A stretch of 64,000 nucleotides of DNA. It comes from Selaginella moellendorffii (Eukaryota; Plantae; Lycopodiophyta). This document shows positions 12,710 to 23,135 of this stretch, one piece after another. The notes under the pieces are model-generated. The model was not told the origin of the DNA, searched no databases, and saw only the letters and a list, made by a program, of their open reading frames with translations. The stretch lies in assembly GCF_000143415.4 (NCBI RefSeq), contig NW_003314365.1:1-64000 (forward strand), given 5' to 3'. A program made the position numbers and the translations under genes. Every line of letters starts with the position of its first letter. Position 1 is the stretch's first letter.

Positions 12710-12879
12710 CCTCATGCCATCTTTGGCCCCTGCTAGCCTATTGCCATATTCCTTTTGCCTTGCTACAACTGTATATATTTTTGTATGGGTGACTAGTCAC
12801 GCACACAAAAATATATATAGTTGCAACAATGCAAAAGGAATATAGCAACAGGCTAGCAGGGGCCAAAGATAGCGTGAGG
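12710..12879. repeat. Long imperfect inverted repeat (~85-bp arms, no loop)
   Basis: CCTCATGCCATCTTTGGCCCCTGCTAGCC...GTGACTAGTCAC...GGCTAGCAGGGGCCAAAGATAGCGTGAGG, followed by a perfect 34-bp palindrome at 12881-12914. Confidence 0.9.
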
Positions 12880-13068
12880 GCTCATGCCATTAGTGGTACC
12901 ACTAATGGCATGAGGGCTCATGCCAATTTTGTGAATGCGAAATTTCACGTGGGTGTCAATAGCATGTTTGAATAATGGCATGTGGCCTCATGTTATTTGG
13001 TATGTTATGATTTAGGCCATTCTCCAATCATTTTTTGTATGGTCTTAACTTCTTTTCTGCACTTTCAG

Positions 13069-16000
13069 AATAGCCTTCAGGGTTGGGGAAAAGGTTTACA
13101 TTTTGAATGGTGGGAAGAGAGTTGCAAAAGGGACCCTTGTGTCTATGGATCGGAACTTTGTTATACACTATCAAAGGCTTGGGGAAGGCAATGCTACTGT
13201 ATCAGTAGAGACTGTCTTCGATGGGAATGTGGTCGCTATTGAACGAGGAGAGATGGTCGTCGGGGTAAATGTTGTTGTTGCCTTGAAAAATCTGCAGAAG
13301 AAAGCAGATGTTGGGGACAGCGCAAGTGCAACGCATGTTCCCTCCGTGGATCTTAAGAACCGTGCTACATGGATTCAGGCAAAGGTGTTTCTAAACAACC
13401 CCGAGGGGGAGGTGGTAGCTGAGGGCTTAGCCACAGTTGTCGATCCAAGAGATGCGGTTGCTAATCAAGAATTGTGCTGGGATGATATTGGAGTTGCGAT
13501 TTTAGAGGTTGTTGACACAGAAGAAAACAGTCTGACTATTGGAAGTATTGTGCGATGGAAATTGAGGCATTTAGTGTTTGAGAATGTGAAGGATTCACAA
13601 TCAAACACCACGACAACTGATGACAGAACATCTCTTCATGGGAAAAGAAAGTACACCTTCCTAAAGCGCAGCCAAAGGGATCTGAGCAACGAACCGAAAA
13701 GGCAGAAAATGGCGATGGAGGTTCGAATGGTCTCGACAGTTGCTTGTTGCAAGAGGAGGTGCTGTCAACATGCTGATTGGGATGCTATTGAAGAGGAGAG
13801 AGCAAGATACAAAACATTGTCCTAGAAGGCAGCTCACAATTTTGTGTATGAGGCATTACGGTCATCTGTTGATGCTTCAGAACATCAGGTGGGGGGCATG
13901 GTCTTCCAGAGGGGTTTGGTCTGCATGAAGGCATGGAGAATCATTTATGGAGTCCCTCGAAGCACATTCTACAGAATCAAAACTGAGTTCGAGGAACAAA
14001 GGGTTTAATATGCAGTCCATGGGAACGACGGTACGCACAAAACCAAGGGTCATGTTGTATATGGAGAGGCAATCTTCAAGAGGTTTGTTGAGACATGTAG
14101 CAAGCAGCAACCACATAAAACCCGCCTCTTGGAAGATAGAACACGAGACACCCAATGAGTTCTCCCTTCCATGTATACCAAGGGGGCCATATTGGAAGAT
14201 GTGAATTGGGAACTCCAGAGTAATGGCTACAGGAAGCTGAGCCAATCTAGATTTAGTAGATTGTGGAATAACAGGTTCAGGGATGTGAGTATAGGAAAGT
14301 ACTCCAGCTTTTCAAAGTGTGACAAGTGCACTGCTATCAAAATGGCTTTGTCGAAGAATTCTTGCAGCGCTCAAGAGCGAGAGACGTTGGTTAGAAGGCG
14401 GCTCGACCACAACATCGAGCAGAGAAGCTGCAGGACTGCATATTATCATAACAGGATTCTCTCCATGGAGAGACCTGACTCTTACCTCTGCATCATCCAC
14501 GACAAAATGGACCAGAAAAAGACGTGCTTACCTCGACTCAATCCTGCCCCCAAGGCAATCTCTTCATCCATGCAGCTGCCTGTGTCTCTGTTTGGCATAA
14601 TCGCTCATGGGCATGGTGCCCAGAACTATGGGAACTTCTTTGTACCTCTATGGGGTGGCGGGGGTGCAAACATGATGATTGCGTCCCAGCAAAACACTTA
14701 AGGTCTCTGCAAAGTGCGTAGACTGAGCTGAACGGCCAACCCTTGCATAAGGCCCTTGTCGATCAAACCCCATACAGGGTTCAGCTAGAGGAGGAGCAAA
14801 GGCTTGCAGTATTGCGTGGGGCCCCATGCCATCCCAGTGAATATGTTGGCCGTCAGATTGTAGGGTTATCACGTGAGGCCTCATGCCATTCCGACGAGGC
14901 TGGTCGCCCGGTGAATGCACAACCTCATCCAAACGAAGTAGAATCTCAAGGAAGTTCTTGTGGCCGATGTAGCCTTCCACCCCATCTTCTGCTCCAAACA
15001 GACAATGCTGGCAGTGAGAATAAAAACATGTACGTCTTCGCGTACTTGGCGATGCTTGTTGCCAAAGGCATATTTGAAACGGTTACACTTGGCTTTCTCA
15101 TGGTTGGGCACACTCATGAAGCCGTCGATGCCATGTTCAGTCACCTGGCAGAGTCCCTCCGGCGATCCAATGTCCTCACCCTCTCACAACTCTACAATGA
15201 ATTCCAAAATTGCATCAAAGGTATTGTTGAAGCTGCACTTGTGACAGAGGTTCCAGACTTTAAGGGGTTTGTAAGAGGCTACATCAGGGACGGATCCGAA
15301 ACGCTGATTGGCCACTCCAAGCCTCTTCAGTTTCATTTCAGCATGCGTGACGGTGCTCTAGTGATGAGGTACAAGATGAGAGAATGGGACACAGTGTGGC
15401 TGCCAGTGGACGGCATTGAACTCTTCAAGAGAGATCCCATAACTGGGGAACCTATGATTCCTCAGGGTTCCCCACGGCCGATGCACCCGGATGGACTCAA
15501 AGACCATGAAAGTATAGTGGCCGGGATTAGACAGCATATTGCCTTCTGGAAGAGGGGGTTGGTGTTTGGTGGAGAATCCTATTTTAAGAGGTGCAAGCCT
15601 TTGCTCGAATACTGGGAGAAGATTATATCTGCTATCCAAAATGGGCCGGTTGTATATGAAGAATTGGAAGAGTCCTTTTGGCAAGAACCCAGAGCACCAG
15701 ATAGTAGCGGAACAATGTCCTCTGGAAATGCAGTGACAGATAACGATGTTGAGGATCACTATTGTGGGCCGAGGAACAAGAAGCCGGATTCAGCATTCAA
15801 TCCAGTACAGGTCTGCAAAGGAATGGTCGTGCTTGGCAGACCCAGTAATAAAAAACAAATGATATGGGTGGGGCGCTGCATCACTGATGCAGAGGAGGAC
15901 GCGGAAACTAACTCCTTCAATGTAACTGTGGAGTGGTTCAAGCCAAGTTCCGGATATACGAAGGATTGCCTAGAAAAGAGATGGGTGCTGAATCCAAGGG

Positions 16001-16122
16001 ATCCCAGCATGAGCATATCGGTGGATAATGTTGTGCATGGTTAGATGCGGAAGCAGAGTGCCACCATCACCTTGCCAGACCATGCAAGAGATGCAGCAAG
16101 AGCATTCATAACCCGGGTTTAA
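13069..16122 (+). pseudogene. Sola-like DDD transposase, disrupted by stops and frameshifts
   Basis: VCMKAWRIIYGVPRSTFYR..HGN, FSKCDKC, then catalytic-triad motifs LCIIHDKMDQKK, LLLQTDNAGSENKN and GFLMVGHTHEAVDAMFS (ORFs 13103..13825, 14171..14701, 14743..16044). Acceptor TTTCAG at 13068. Confidence 0.82.
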
Positions 16123-19100
16123 GGTGAGATTCATTAATATTCCTTTACTAAGTTTCTAATGTATTTTATTTCAAGGTGAACAATCCGAATCTGAATCAGA
16201 GGAGGCGTGATGGCATGGCGTGATGGCGTGAGGCGTGACACCAAAAAGGAGGTGTCCACTAGCGCTTAGGCTTATAATGGCGTGTGCCCTCATGCCATTT
16301 ACTTGATCACCAAATACCTTTTTCCCTTTGCACTAGTATATCTTAATACCGGTCTGAGAAATAGAATGGCATGTGCCCTCAGGCCTTTTACTAAATCACC
16401 TTTGAAAGAAATGCAAGCCTCTATGTCGTAAAAAAAAGGTACTAGAGAAATTCCTTAATAATATGAATGTTATTTAGTTTCATGAAAATACACTAAGGGT
16501 CAAATGAGTTAAATGACTTCTCTAGACTAGCAATGCCTCTTGCTACACCTTCACAATTAGATTCGTTAGAAAAAGATAACATTGAATAATATCTAGATGT
16601 TCTCACTATTAAGTTATATGTCTGGCTAATAGGAATGACGTTCATCTTCGAAAGCTCACCACACGCTCAATGAACAAACAAATAGTGTGTGCGTGCATGC
16701 CATTGCTCTTCTTTAGCTTCAGATTCGGCTTGTTCACCTTGACAATGAGATTTATTATACAACCAGATGGACTCAGTCTGGACACAAAGTCACCGCGCTA
16801 GTCACCATGCCCCAGATATGTCTAGCCCCTGGACAAAAAACATATAATTTCACGTCATTTTCAAATACTTGAAAATTTGTACCTAGTCCCATTTTACTGA
16901 ATAAATCCCACTTTAACGAAATAGAGCTTAAATCGGATTCTGAATCGGGTAGATGTACTCGACTTGGAGAAGCTTGTCGAGTTCTTTCTTTACTTGTTCC
17001 ATCAGATTCGAATTCATCTGGTAGGCTGCTTGTCTTCTTGGTTTTGAGTCTGGAAGAAAGGTGATGGTGTGAAGGCTGAGTTTGGGCAAAATTCCCTTAA
17101 GGTCTCGATAACTCCAAGCGAACAAGTGTTTCTTCTTTTGGAGAAGATTGATGCCTTTGTCTCAAAAACTTGCCGAGATGTCGGTGGCGAGTACAATGTA
17201 GTGTTCATTGCCATCATCGGCAAGGCTGAATTTTTTGAGTTTTTGGTCGGCTGGAATTGACGGAATGTAGGCAACTTTGTTGTGGTTGTCGACTGTGAAT
17301 GTCGGTGGCGCTTCGAGTTTTGTATCTCGAGTGACTGGATTTTTTAGTGCTGATGTAATCGGGGGTCATTCTCATTGGAAGTCGGCGACAATTCGGAAGA
17401 GGTCGATCTCGGCCAAAGGTTCGAGATCGGGGTAGGCTTTGAGAATTTGTTGTTCTTCATAGTTGTCGAGGCCATCTTCGAGATTATATTCTTCCAAGTC
17501 AATAGGTCGGTTTTGGCTGGACAGCGATTTGGTCACTTTTGTCGACACAGTTGTCGGTCTGTCTGGTCTGTGAAGGATAAGATTGTCATTGGGCCAATCT
17601 TGATAAACTTGGGCAGTTCGGAGCCAAGGTCAACCGAGGAAAATCGAGTATCCATTGGTCTGCTCTGGTAGTTTGAGGACGACATAGTTGACTGGTATTT
17701 CAACGCCTTCAATGGTGGGGTTGACTTTTTGGATGATGCCTTTGGGTTGAATAGATCGGTGGTTGGCCATTTGGACATTGAAAGGTGCTGGGTGGACTGG
17801 GCCAATGTTGAGTTGTTGAACAAGACTTTCTTCAATAATATAAACGCTAGAGCTGCCGTCAATTATGGCTCCTCGAACAAGGTGTTTGTCGAGTCGTAGG
17901 TCAATTGTCGGAACATCATTGTCACAATCGCCTGGTTGAATCTCAATTCGAAATGTGTCAACAGCTGTCTGTGTGGAGTTGAGTGTGGGCAAGTCTGTCA
18001 AAGTGTTGGTCGGTGCAGATGTTAGATCGGTGAGCTGTTTGGTGAGGTAGGGTGCAATCTTCAGTAGTTGGCCGATGGTGATCTGAATATTTTGGTTGAG
18101 GATAGTCTCTGCTACTTCTTGGATTTTGTCGAAGTTTGCCGAATTGTGTTCTAGTGTCAGTGTTGATGTTGGACGATTTGTCTGTCAGTTTTCTGGTACA
18201 GAGTCTTGGCATTGTTGTCGAGCTGGTGATGGTTGAGCTTCATTGTCAGAGTCTAAAATCACTAATTCGGGTGGTTGTAGAGCGAGTTGCTGTTGTATCT
18301 TGGCGGCTAACTTCTGCTTCTTTTCCCATTCCTGGAGTTTTGTCGGGCTCTCAAGGCCTTTCTCTTTACTATCTCCAGAATCTCTGTCTGGTTGTTGTTG
18401 TTTTTTTGCTCGAATTTGTGCTCGGGTTTGAACTGCCATGACTTGAGGATCTAAGTCATCATTGTCGGCATAAGGTAGTTCGTCGGTCTTGACCATCCTT
18501 GTTGTTGGTGGTTGCTGCTGGTTTTGATCTTGTTGTCGAGGAGGCGGTGGACCAAGTCTCGGCGGACCGCCTTGGTTTTGAAGTCGAGGTTGCCATGCTC
18601 GGTTGTTACAGTTGCCTTGGTAGCCATGGTCTTGATAACCTTGGCCTTGGTATCTTCAGTTTTGGTATCTTGGGTATTGTTGGTATCCTTGGTTGTAGTT
18701 GTCTCGGTTTGCTGGGTAGTTCCAGTTCAGCGGGTGTTGTTGATCGTTGTAGTTGTTGTTGTAGTTGTTGTTGTAATTGTTGTAGCGAGGTTGATTATTC
18801 CATTGTCAACTTTGGTGTTGGAAGTTGTTTCTCAGCAGTCTCCAGTTTGTCGGAGGTGGTGGCTGGTAATTGTTGAAGTATTGATTTGGATATGGTTTTT
18901 GAAATTGCTGTCGGGGATAGTTCAAGACTTGTCAAACTTCTGGAGAATTTCAAAATCTGCAAGTTTTGGCGTCATGACCTTCTTTGGTACAGATCTGGCA
19001 TTTGGAGATTTGGAGCTTGTAGTCACTTGCCGGATGTCCTTCGTTCTTGCACTTAGTACACCAAATTCTAGATCGAAATTCTTTGATGTCGGCCTTGGCT

Positions 19101-21227
19101 TTTCCCTTGAGCTTGTCGATTGTTTTCTTGAGTTTCCGAAGTTTTGACTTGGTGCTCTCTCCGAGTTCATCTCGGAGTTGTCGTCGGAACTGCTATCAGA
19201 ATCTGAGTTATCTATGTCATCTACTTGTGTTGTCATTCGTCGAGCTTGAACATCTTGATGGGCTCTTGTGAGTTCGAGATAAGTGGCAACGTTGATGTGC
19301 GTTGCCGCTTCTCAGAGGGATCGTTGGAGTCCTTGCATGTACCATTGGTAAAGTAATGTTTCGGTGGCACTGTTGCCGCATTTGCTGGCATGTTGAGTGA
19401 AGGTTTGAGTGTAGTTGTCGATGGATTGACCAGACTTCTACTTGAGTTTTTGGATCTTGTGAAGTCGTTGGCTTTGAGTGAGGGAAGACTTGAATCGGTC
19501 TACGAGCTTGAGTGCGAGGTTGTCGAAACTTGTATTTTGAGGAAGTGTTTGAGCCCATTTGTTGGCTCTCTTTCGAAAGGGTACATCAGAAATAGTATGG
19601 AAGTTCAGTCGTCTGGCTGTTGATTCGGATTGCTTCTCTGAACTGTTCAACATGTTTCTTGGCATCTTCTGACTTCAGACCATGAAATAGTGGATAGGAG
19701 ACGTGTCTTCCGACAGGTATGTTGGCGACAGCTGTAGTGACTGCCATGTGCTGTTGGTAGTAATGTTGGTATTGTTGAGGTTGTTTTGTCAGGTTGTCAC
19801 CATGGAGTCCTAAGGTGATTTGTAGCAAGGGGTTGTTGGGGTCAATAGCAAAGTTGGTGTAAGAAGAAGGTGGTGAATTGTTGTTGTTATTTAGTGGACT
19901 CTTCTCTGTTTTTTCTTCTATGTTAGGACTATTTTTGGGTGTGTCATCGACGTTGTCATCGGCGTCGAGTTGCTTGCTGGTGTTGATTTTTGGAAGATGG
20001 TGCTCAAACTTGTTGTCGACGTATTTGTTAGAGTTATGTTGTCTTGGTTGTGGTTGTTCTTCTAAATTGTCAAAGAGTTCTTCGAATGTATAGTTGTGTG
20101 GTGATTGTGGTTGCTGTGGAAGATTGTTGTCGTCGTCGACGATTGGTTCGTCAATCTCGTTGTTGTTGGATGATTGGAGCCGTTCGGCAGTTTGGTGTGA
20201 GTTGTTGACGTCGAGTGCTTGACTATTGGATGATTCAGGTTGTTCATCTTTACTGCTGTTGACTGGGTATATCGGAGTGTGACTGTAATTGGTGAAGTCG
20301 AGTTGTTGTCTCGTCAGCGTGTTGAAGTTGAAAGCATGTTCGAAAGGTCTTGCTGATAGTGGGCTTCGGTAGATGTTGGAAGCAAATGTGGGATATATTG
20401 GTGTTGTGAATATCGGTCAATATGGCGAAAATGGTGCTGGTCTAGTGAAGTCTGTGAAGCTGGGCGGGAAACTTGGTCGTTCGTCATCACTGTAGATGGG
20501 GTTGGTGAATGTACCTTTGAAGTGGTTGTATGCTGCTTGAAAAATGTTTTATTGCTCGGGCGTAGTCTGTGTCGACTACTCAAATGTTCGGTCGGGCTCA
20601 GGCACTTTGGTGGGTGCCGTCGAGGGTGTTGATTCAGGCTCGGGCACTTCGGTGGGTGCTGTCGAGGGTGCTGCCGGTGGTGTGTCTGGTGGTGTTGTGT
20701 AGTTGTCATATTCTTCGCAGATGTCCAATACTGGTTCATCGGAGTTAGCTCGCGGTAATAATTTGTGTCGGATGTAATTCTCTCTCTTGGAGGGTCTAAC
20801 AATTTGATTCAACTTCTCTTAGTCTTTCTTTCTCTTTGTTTCTAAATTCTTCAAATCTCTATCTAAACTTCGGATAAGCTGTTGTCGGTCTTCTTTCGAC
20901 TTGTTGGATGTTCTTCGTGGTTTTGGATACATGCATTCTTCTACTAGTTGTCGGTGTCAGATTCGTGTCTGCAGTCAATCATGCAGTTTGGGTAGAACTT
21001 CGGGAAGACTGTCGGCGGGTCAATTGTCGATAAAGTCATTGTGAGGTTGTTATTTCTTTTCTGTGGCAATATTGACGGTGGTGCGTGTTGGGTTGGGTTG
21101 TGTTCAGCCGAGTTGTGTTGGGTCGAGTGTGCTGGTGCAGTATGCAGACTGGTCTTCCACTTGCTGGTGCCGAGATGGAGTTTGATGAAGAGTTTCGGAT
21201 ATTTGGGTTTGTCTGGAATGATTTCTT

Positions 21228-21373
21228 NNNNNNNNNNNNNNNNNNNNNNNNNNNNNNNNNNNNNNNNNNNNNNNNNNNNNNNNNNNNNNNNNNNNNNNNN
21301 NNNNNNNNNNNNNNNNNNNNNNNNNNNNNNNNNNNNNNNNNNNNNNNNNNNNNNNNNNNNNNNNNNNNNNNNN
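21228..21373. other. Assembly gap (others at 42285-42416, 55514-55937 and 57580-57716)
   Basis: Runs of N. Confidence 1.
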
Positions 21374-22029
21374 ATTGGTGGTGCGTTGTCAAGTTGTCCC
21401 TCGACAAGTTCTCTGATACCGGGTAATAGAGTGATGGGTTCGTCGTTGGTGTAGGTTCTGAGGATGTGCTTCGGTATTTGGAGTGGATGCAGGAATTGGA
21501 ATTGTGTCGGAGCGCTAGGATTGCTGGGTCGACGACTGCACGGAAGATGAGTTCGTTTCAGCAGTGGTGTCGGTTTGTGTCGAGTGCGCTGGTTGAGGTC
21601 TCGAGCTTGGAGTGGGTGGTCTTGTGCTCGGAAATGGAGTTCGCCAATGAAGCTGTTGAGGGCGTCCGCTGATGAAGGTGCTGGTAGATTGGAGTTTCTT
21701 GTCAAAGAGGGCTGTTGGTGGTCTTTGTTGGTGATTGGACTCGGAGATCGAGAGAGAGAGCTTTCAGATTCTGCAAAGATCTCCTCTGGGAAGGGTCTGC
21801 CTCTACTACGTTGGGCGGCGATCGCTTGGACGCCGTTGATCCATATTGGTGGTGGCATTTGTTTGTTGAATTTGGGCGAATTGGGTGGTGAATTGGGTAG
21901 CAAATTGGGTGGCAAATTGGGAAGTGAATTTTGGCAAGTTGGGTAGATTGCTTGATCTTTCTTGCTATCTGCGCACAAAGAATGGAGAAAGAATGGAAGA
22001 ATTTGTGAACCTAAAGGGGAATCCAAAAG

Positions 22030-22041
22030 CTGTGGTCGCCA
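22030..22041 (-). promoter_or_regulatory. Primer-binding site, probably tRNA-Arg(UCG)
   Basis: Minus-strand TGGCGACCACAG, 2 nt after the LTR end. It matches my recollection of the plant tRNA-Arg(UCG) 3' end (CTGTGGTCG-CCA). Confidence 0.65.
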
Positions 22042-22043
22042 AA

Positions 22044-22333
22044 TGAAGAGGTGTGAAAACTCTTCTTCGCTGGAAATCTATTGTTAGTAAGAAAACAAAA
22101 GAGAAAAAGGCCCGATCTCCAAGGGCAGAGAAGAAGCATGAGAAAAAGAATGTTATGTATTGATAAGAAAAATCATGGAATGGAGATAGGGATCCATGGA
22201 TTCCCCCTTTTGAAAGGCTAGCGGTTCTAACTACTAGCATATACTATATGCTGTGCATGATTTAATCTATGGCTCCGATGCAGCCTTGGGTTCAAAGTCG
22301 GAGTCCCCTGAGCCTGGGGTTTTGGTTAATACA
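22044..22333 (-). repeat. 5' LTR of copy A (290 bp)
   Basis: TG...CA termini. Homologous to 33171-33417, 43684-43957, 57161-57455 and 60853-61099. Flanked by TGATG, a TSD variant. Confidence 0.9.
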
Positions 22334-23040
22334 TGATGTGTCGAGTGCAATGCTTCGCATAAGCTTGTGGGTGTGACTAGGCTAGTGGAGTCATGTTTTA
22401 AAGCTTCTCCTTGTCCCTTACCATGCTCGCAGTGGCTTAATGTACCCATGAGCAGTTGAGGGACTTCTTCGAACCTCACAGATCCTTGTGTTGTATCATC
22501 GCCTCGCTTGCCATGCTTCTTCTCTTGTCAGCCATCAGCTATGCAGAGTCTAAACCTGCAAGCAGCTCTTGAGGAATTGTTTGCTCTCACCTGATGCTCG
22601 ATCAAGGCTCTCACAGCGTACTCGGGACTAGACTACAGTGGATATCACTGATGCAACAAGCTTTAGGTTCCGAGTCTAAGTTAGTTGCACCAACTCAAAG
22701 ATGTTCTGTTTTGTTTAATTGTTTTGAACATGGTTTTTCTATAGGAACAAGCATCAGACTGGAAGCTTTTGGGTGGTGTCTTGATGAATTAAGCTCCCCG
22801 AGGGTTTCATCTTGCGAAGAAGAGAGAAACAACTACCCCCAACCTTCAGCACTCTTGACATTTCCAGATGCCTTGCAACTCGAATCTCTTGGGCAGAACG
22901 CACTGGTGCTCTTGAGGGGGGTGCCTGGTTCAAATCAAACTGATGGGAAACATTCGCGTGCCAGCTGAGCGCCATGCCCAGAATTTCAAGAAACGATTCA
23001 TGAAAGTAACAAACACGTTAACAAGCTATTAATGCATAAT

Positions 23041-23135
23041 TTGGACGGGAACCTGTTGGCCGGATATCTGGCTCGAATAAAAACAATTATTGGCAAGGTC
23101 ACAGGTTCGAACCCACAGCCAGAGACCCAATTAAA
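23041..23135 (+). repeat. Short tRNA-like (B-box) repeat, copy 1 of 4
   Basis: TTGGACGGGAACCTG..TGGCCGGATATCTGG..GGCAAGGTCACAGGTTCGAACCC. Other copies at ~24119-24200 (+), ~24845-24938 (-) and ~31035-31130 (-). Confidence 0.7.

Larger units (their letters stand above)
4814..16387. repeat. Dispersed 22-bp palindromic repeat family ATGGCRTG-N6-CAYGCCAT (~20 copies)
   Basis: Copies start at 4814, 5889, 5964, 7193, 7384, 7525, 9024, 10298, 10358, 10435, 11239, 12574, 12672, 12869, 12905, 12975, 14811, 14868, 16277 and 16366. Several have one degenerate arm. Half-sites also cluster at 16204-16238. Confidence 0.92.
4428..16929. mobile_element. 12.5-kb cut-and-paste DNA transposon, Sola-like (Sola1-type), carrying cargo gene(s)
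   Basis: 24-bp TIRs with 1 mismatch: AAGCTCTATTTTGTTAAAGTGGGA (4428-4451) and TCCCACTTTAACGAAATAGAGCTT (16906-16929). 4-bp TSD AAAT (4424-4427 and 16930-16933). The empty site GAAAGCCAAATCG is intact in copy B near 37715-37727. DDD transposase inside. An AWWT TSD fits Sola1. Boundaries are firm; the superfamily call is less so. Confidence 0.88.
16930..22333 (-). mobile_element. Ty3/gypsy copy A, 5' half (5' LTR, PBS, long gag, protease, RT N-part)
   Basis: RT FAWSYRDLKGI, protease AIIDGSSSV, gag YPLFHGLKSEDA..EQF. LTR at 22044-22333. Confidence 0.92.

Noticed and set aside
4814-16387. Palindromic 22-bp repeats as a CRISPR array
   Set aside because: Spacing is irregular (tens of bp to kb), the repeat centre varies, there are no cas genes, and the context is eukaryotic with introns.
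4428-16929. CACTA, Mutator, Helitron or Polinton assignment
   Set aside because: No CACT termini, no 8-11-bp or 6-bp TSD, and no Rep/helicase, polB or retroviral-type integrase motifs.
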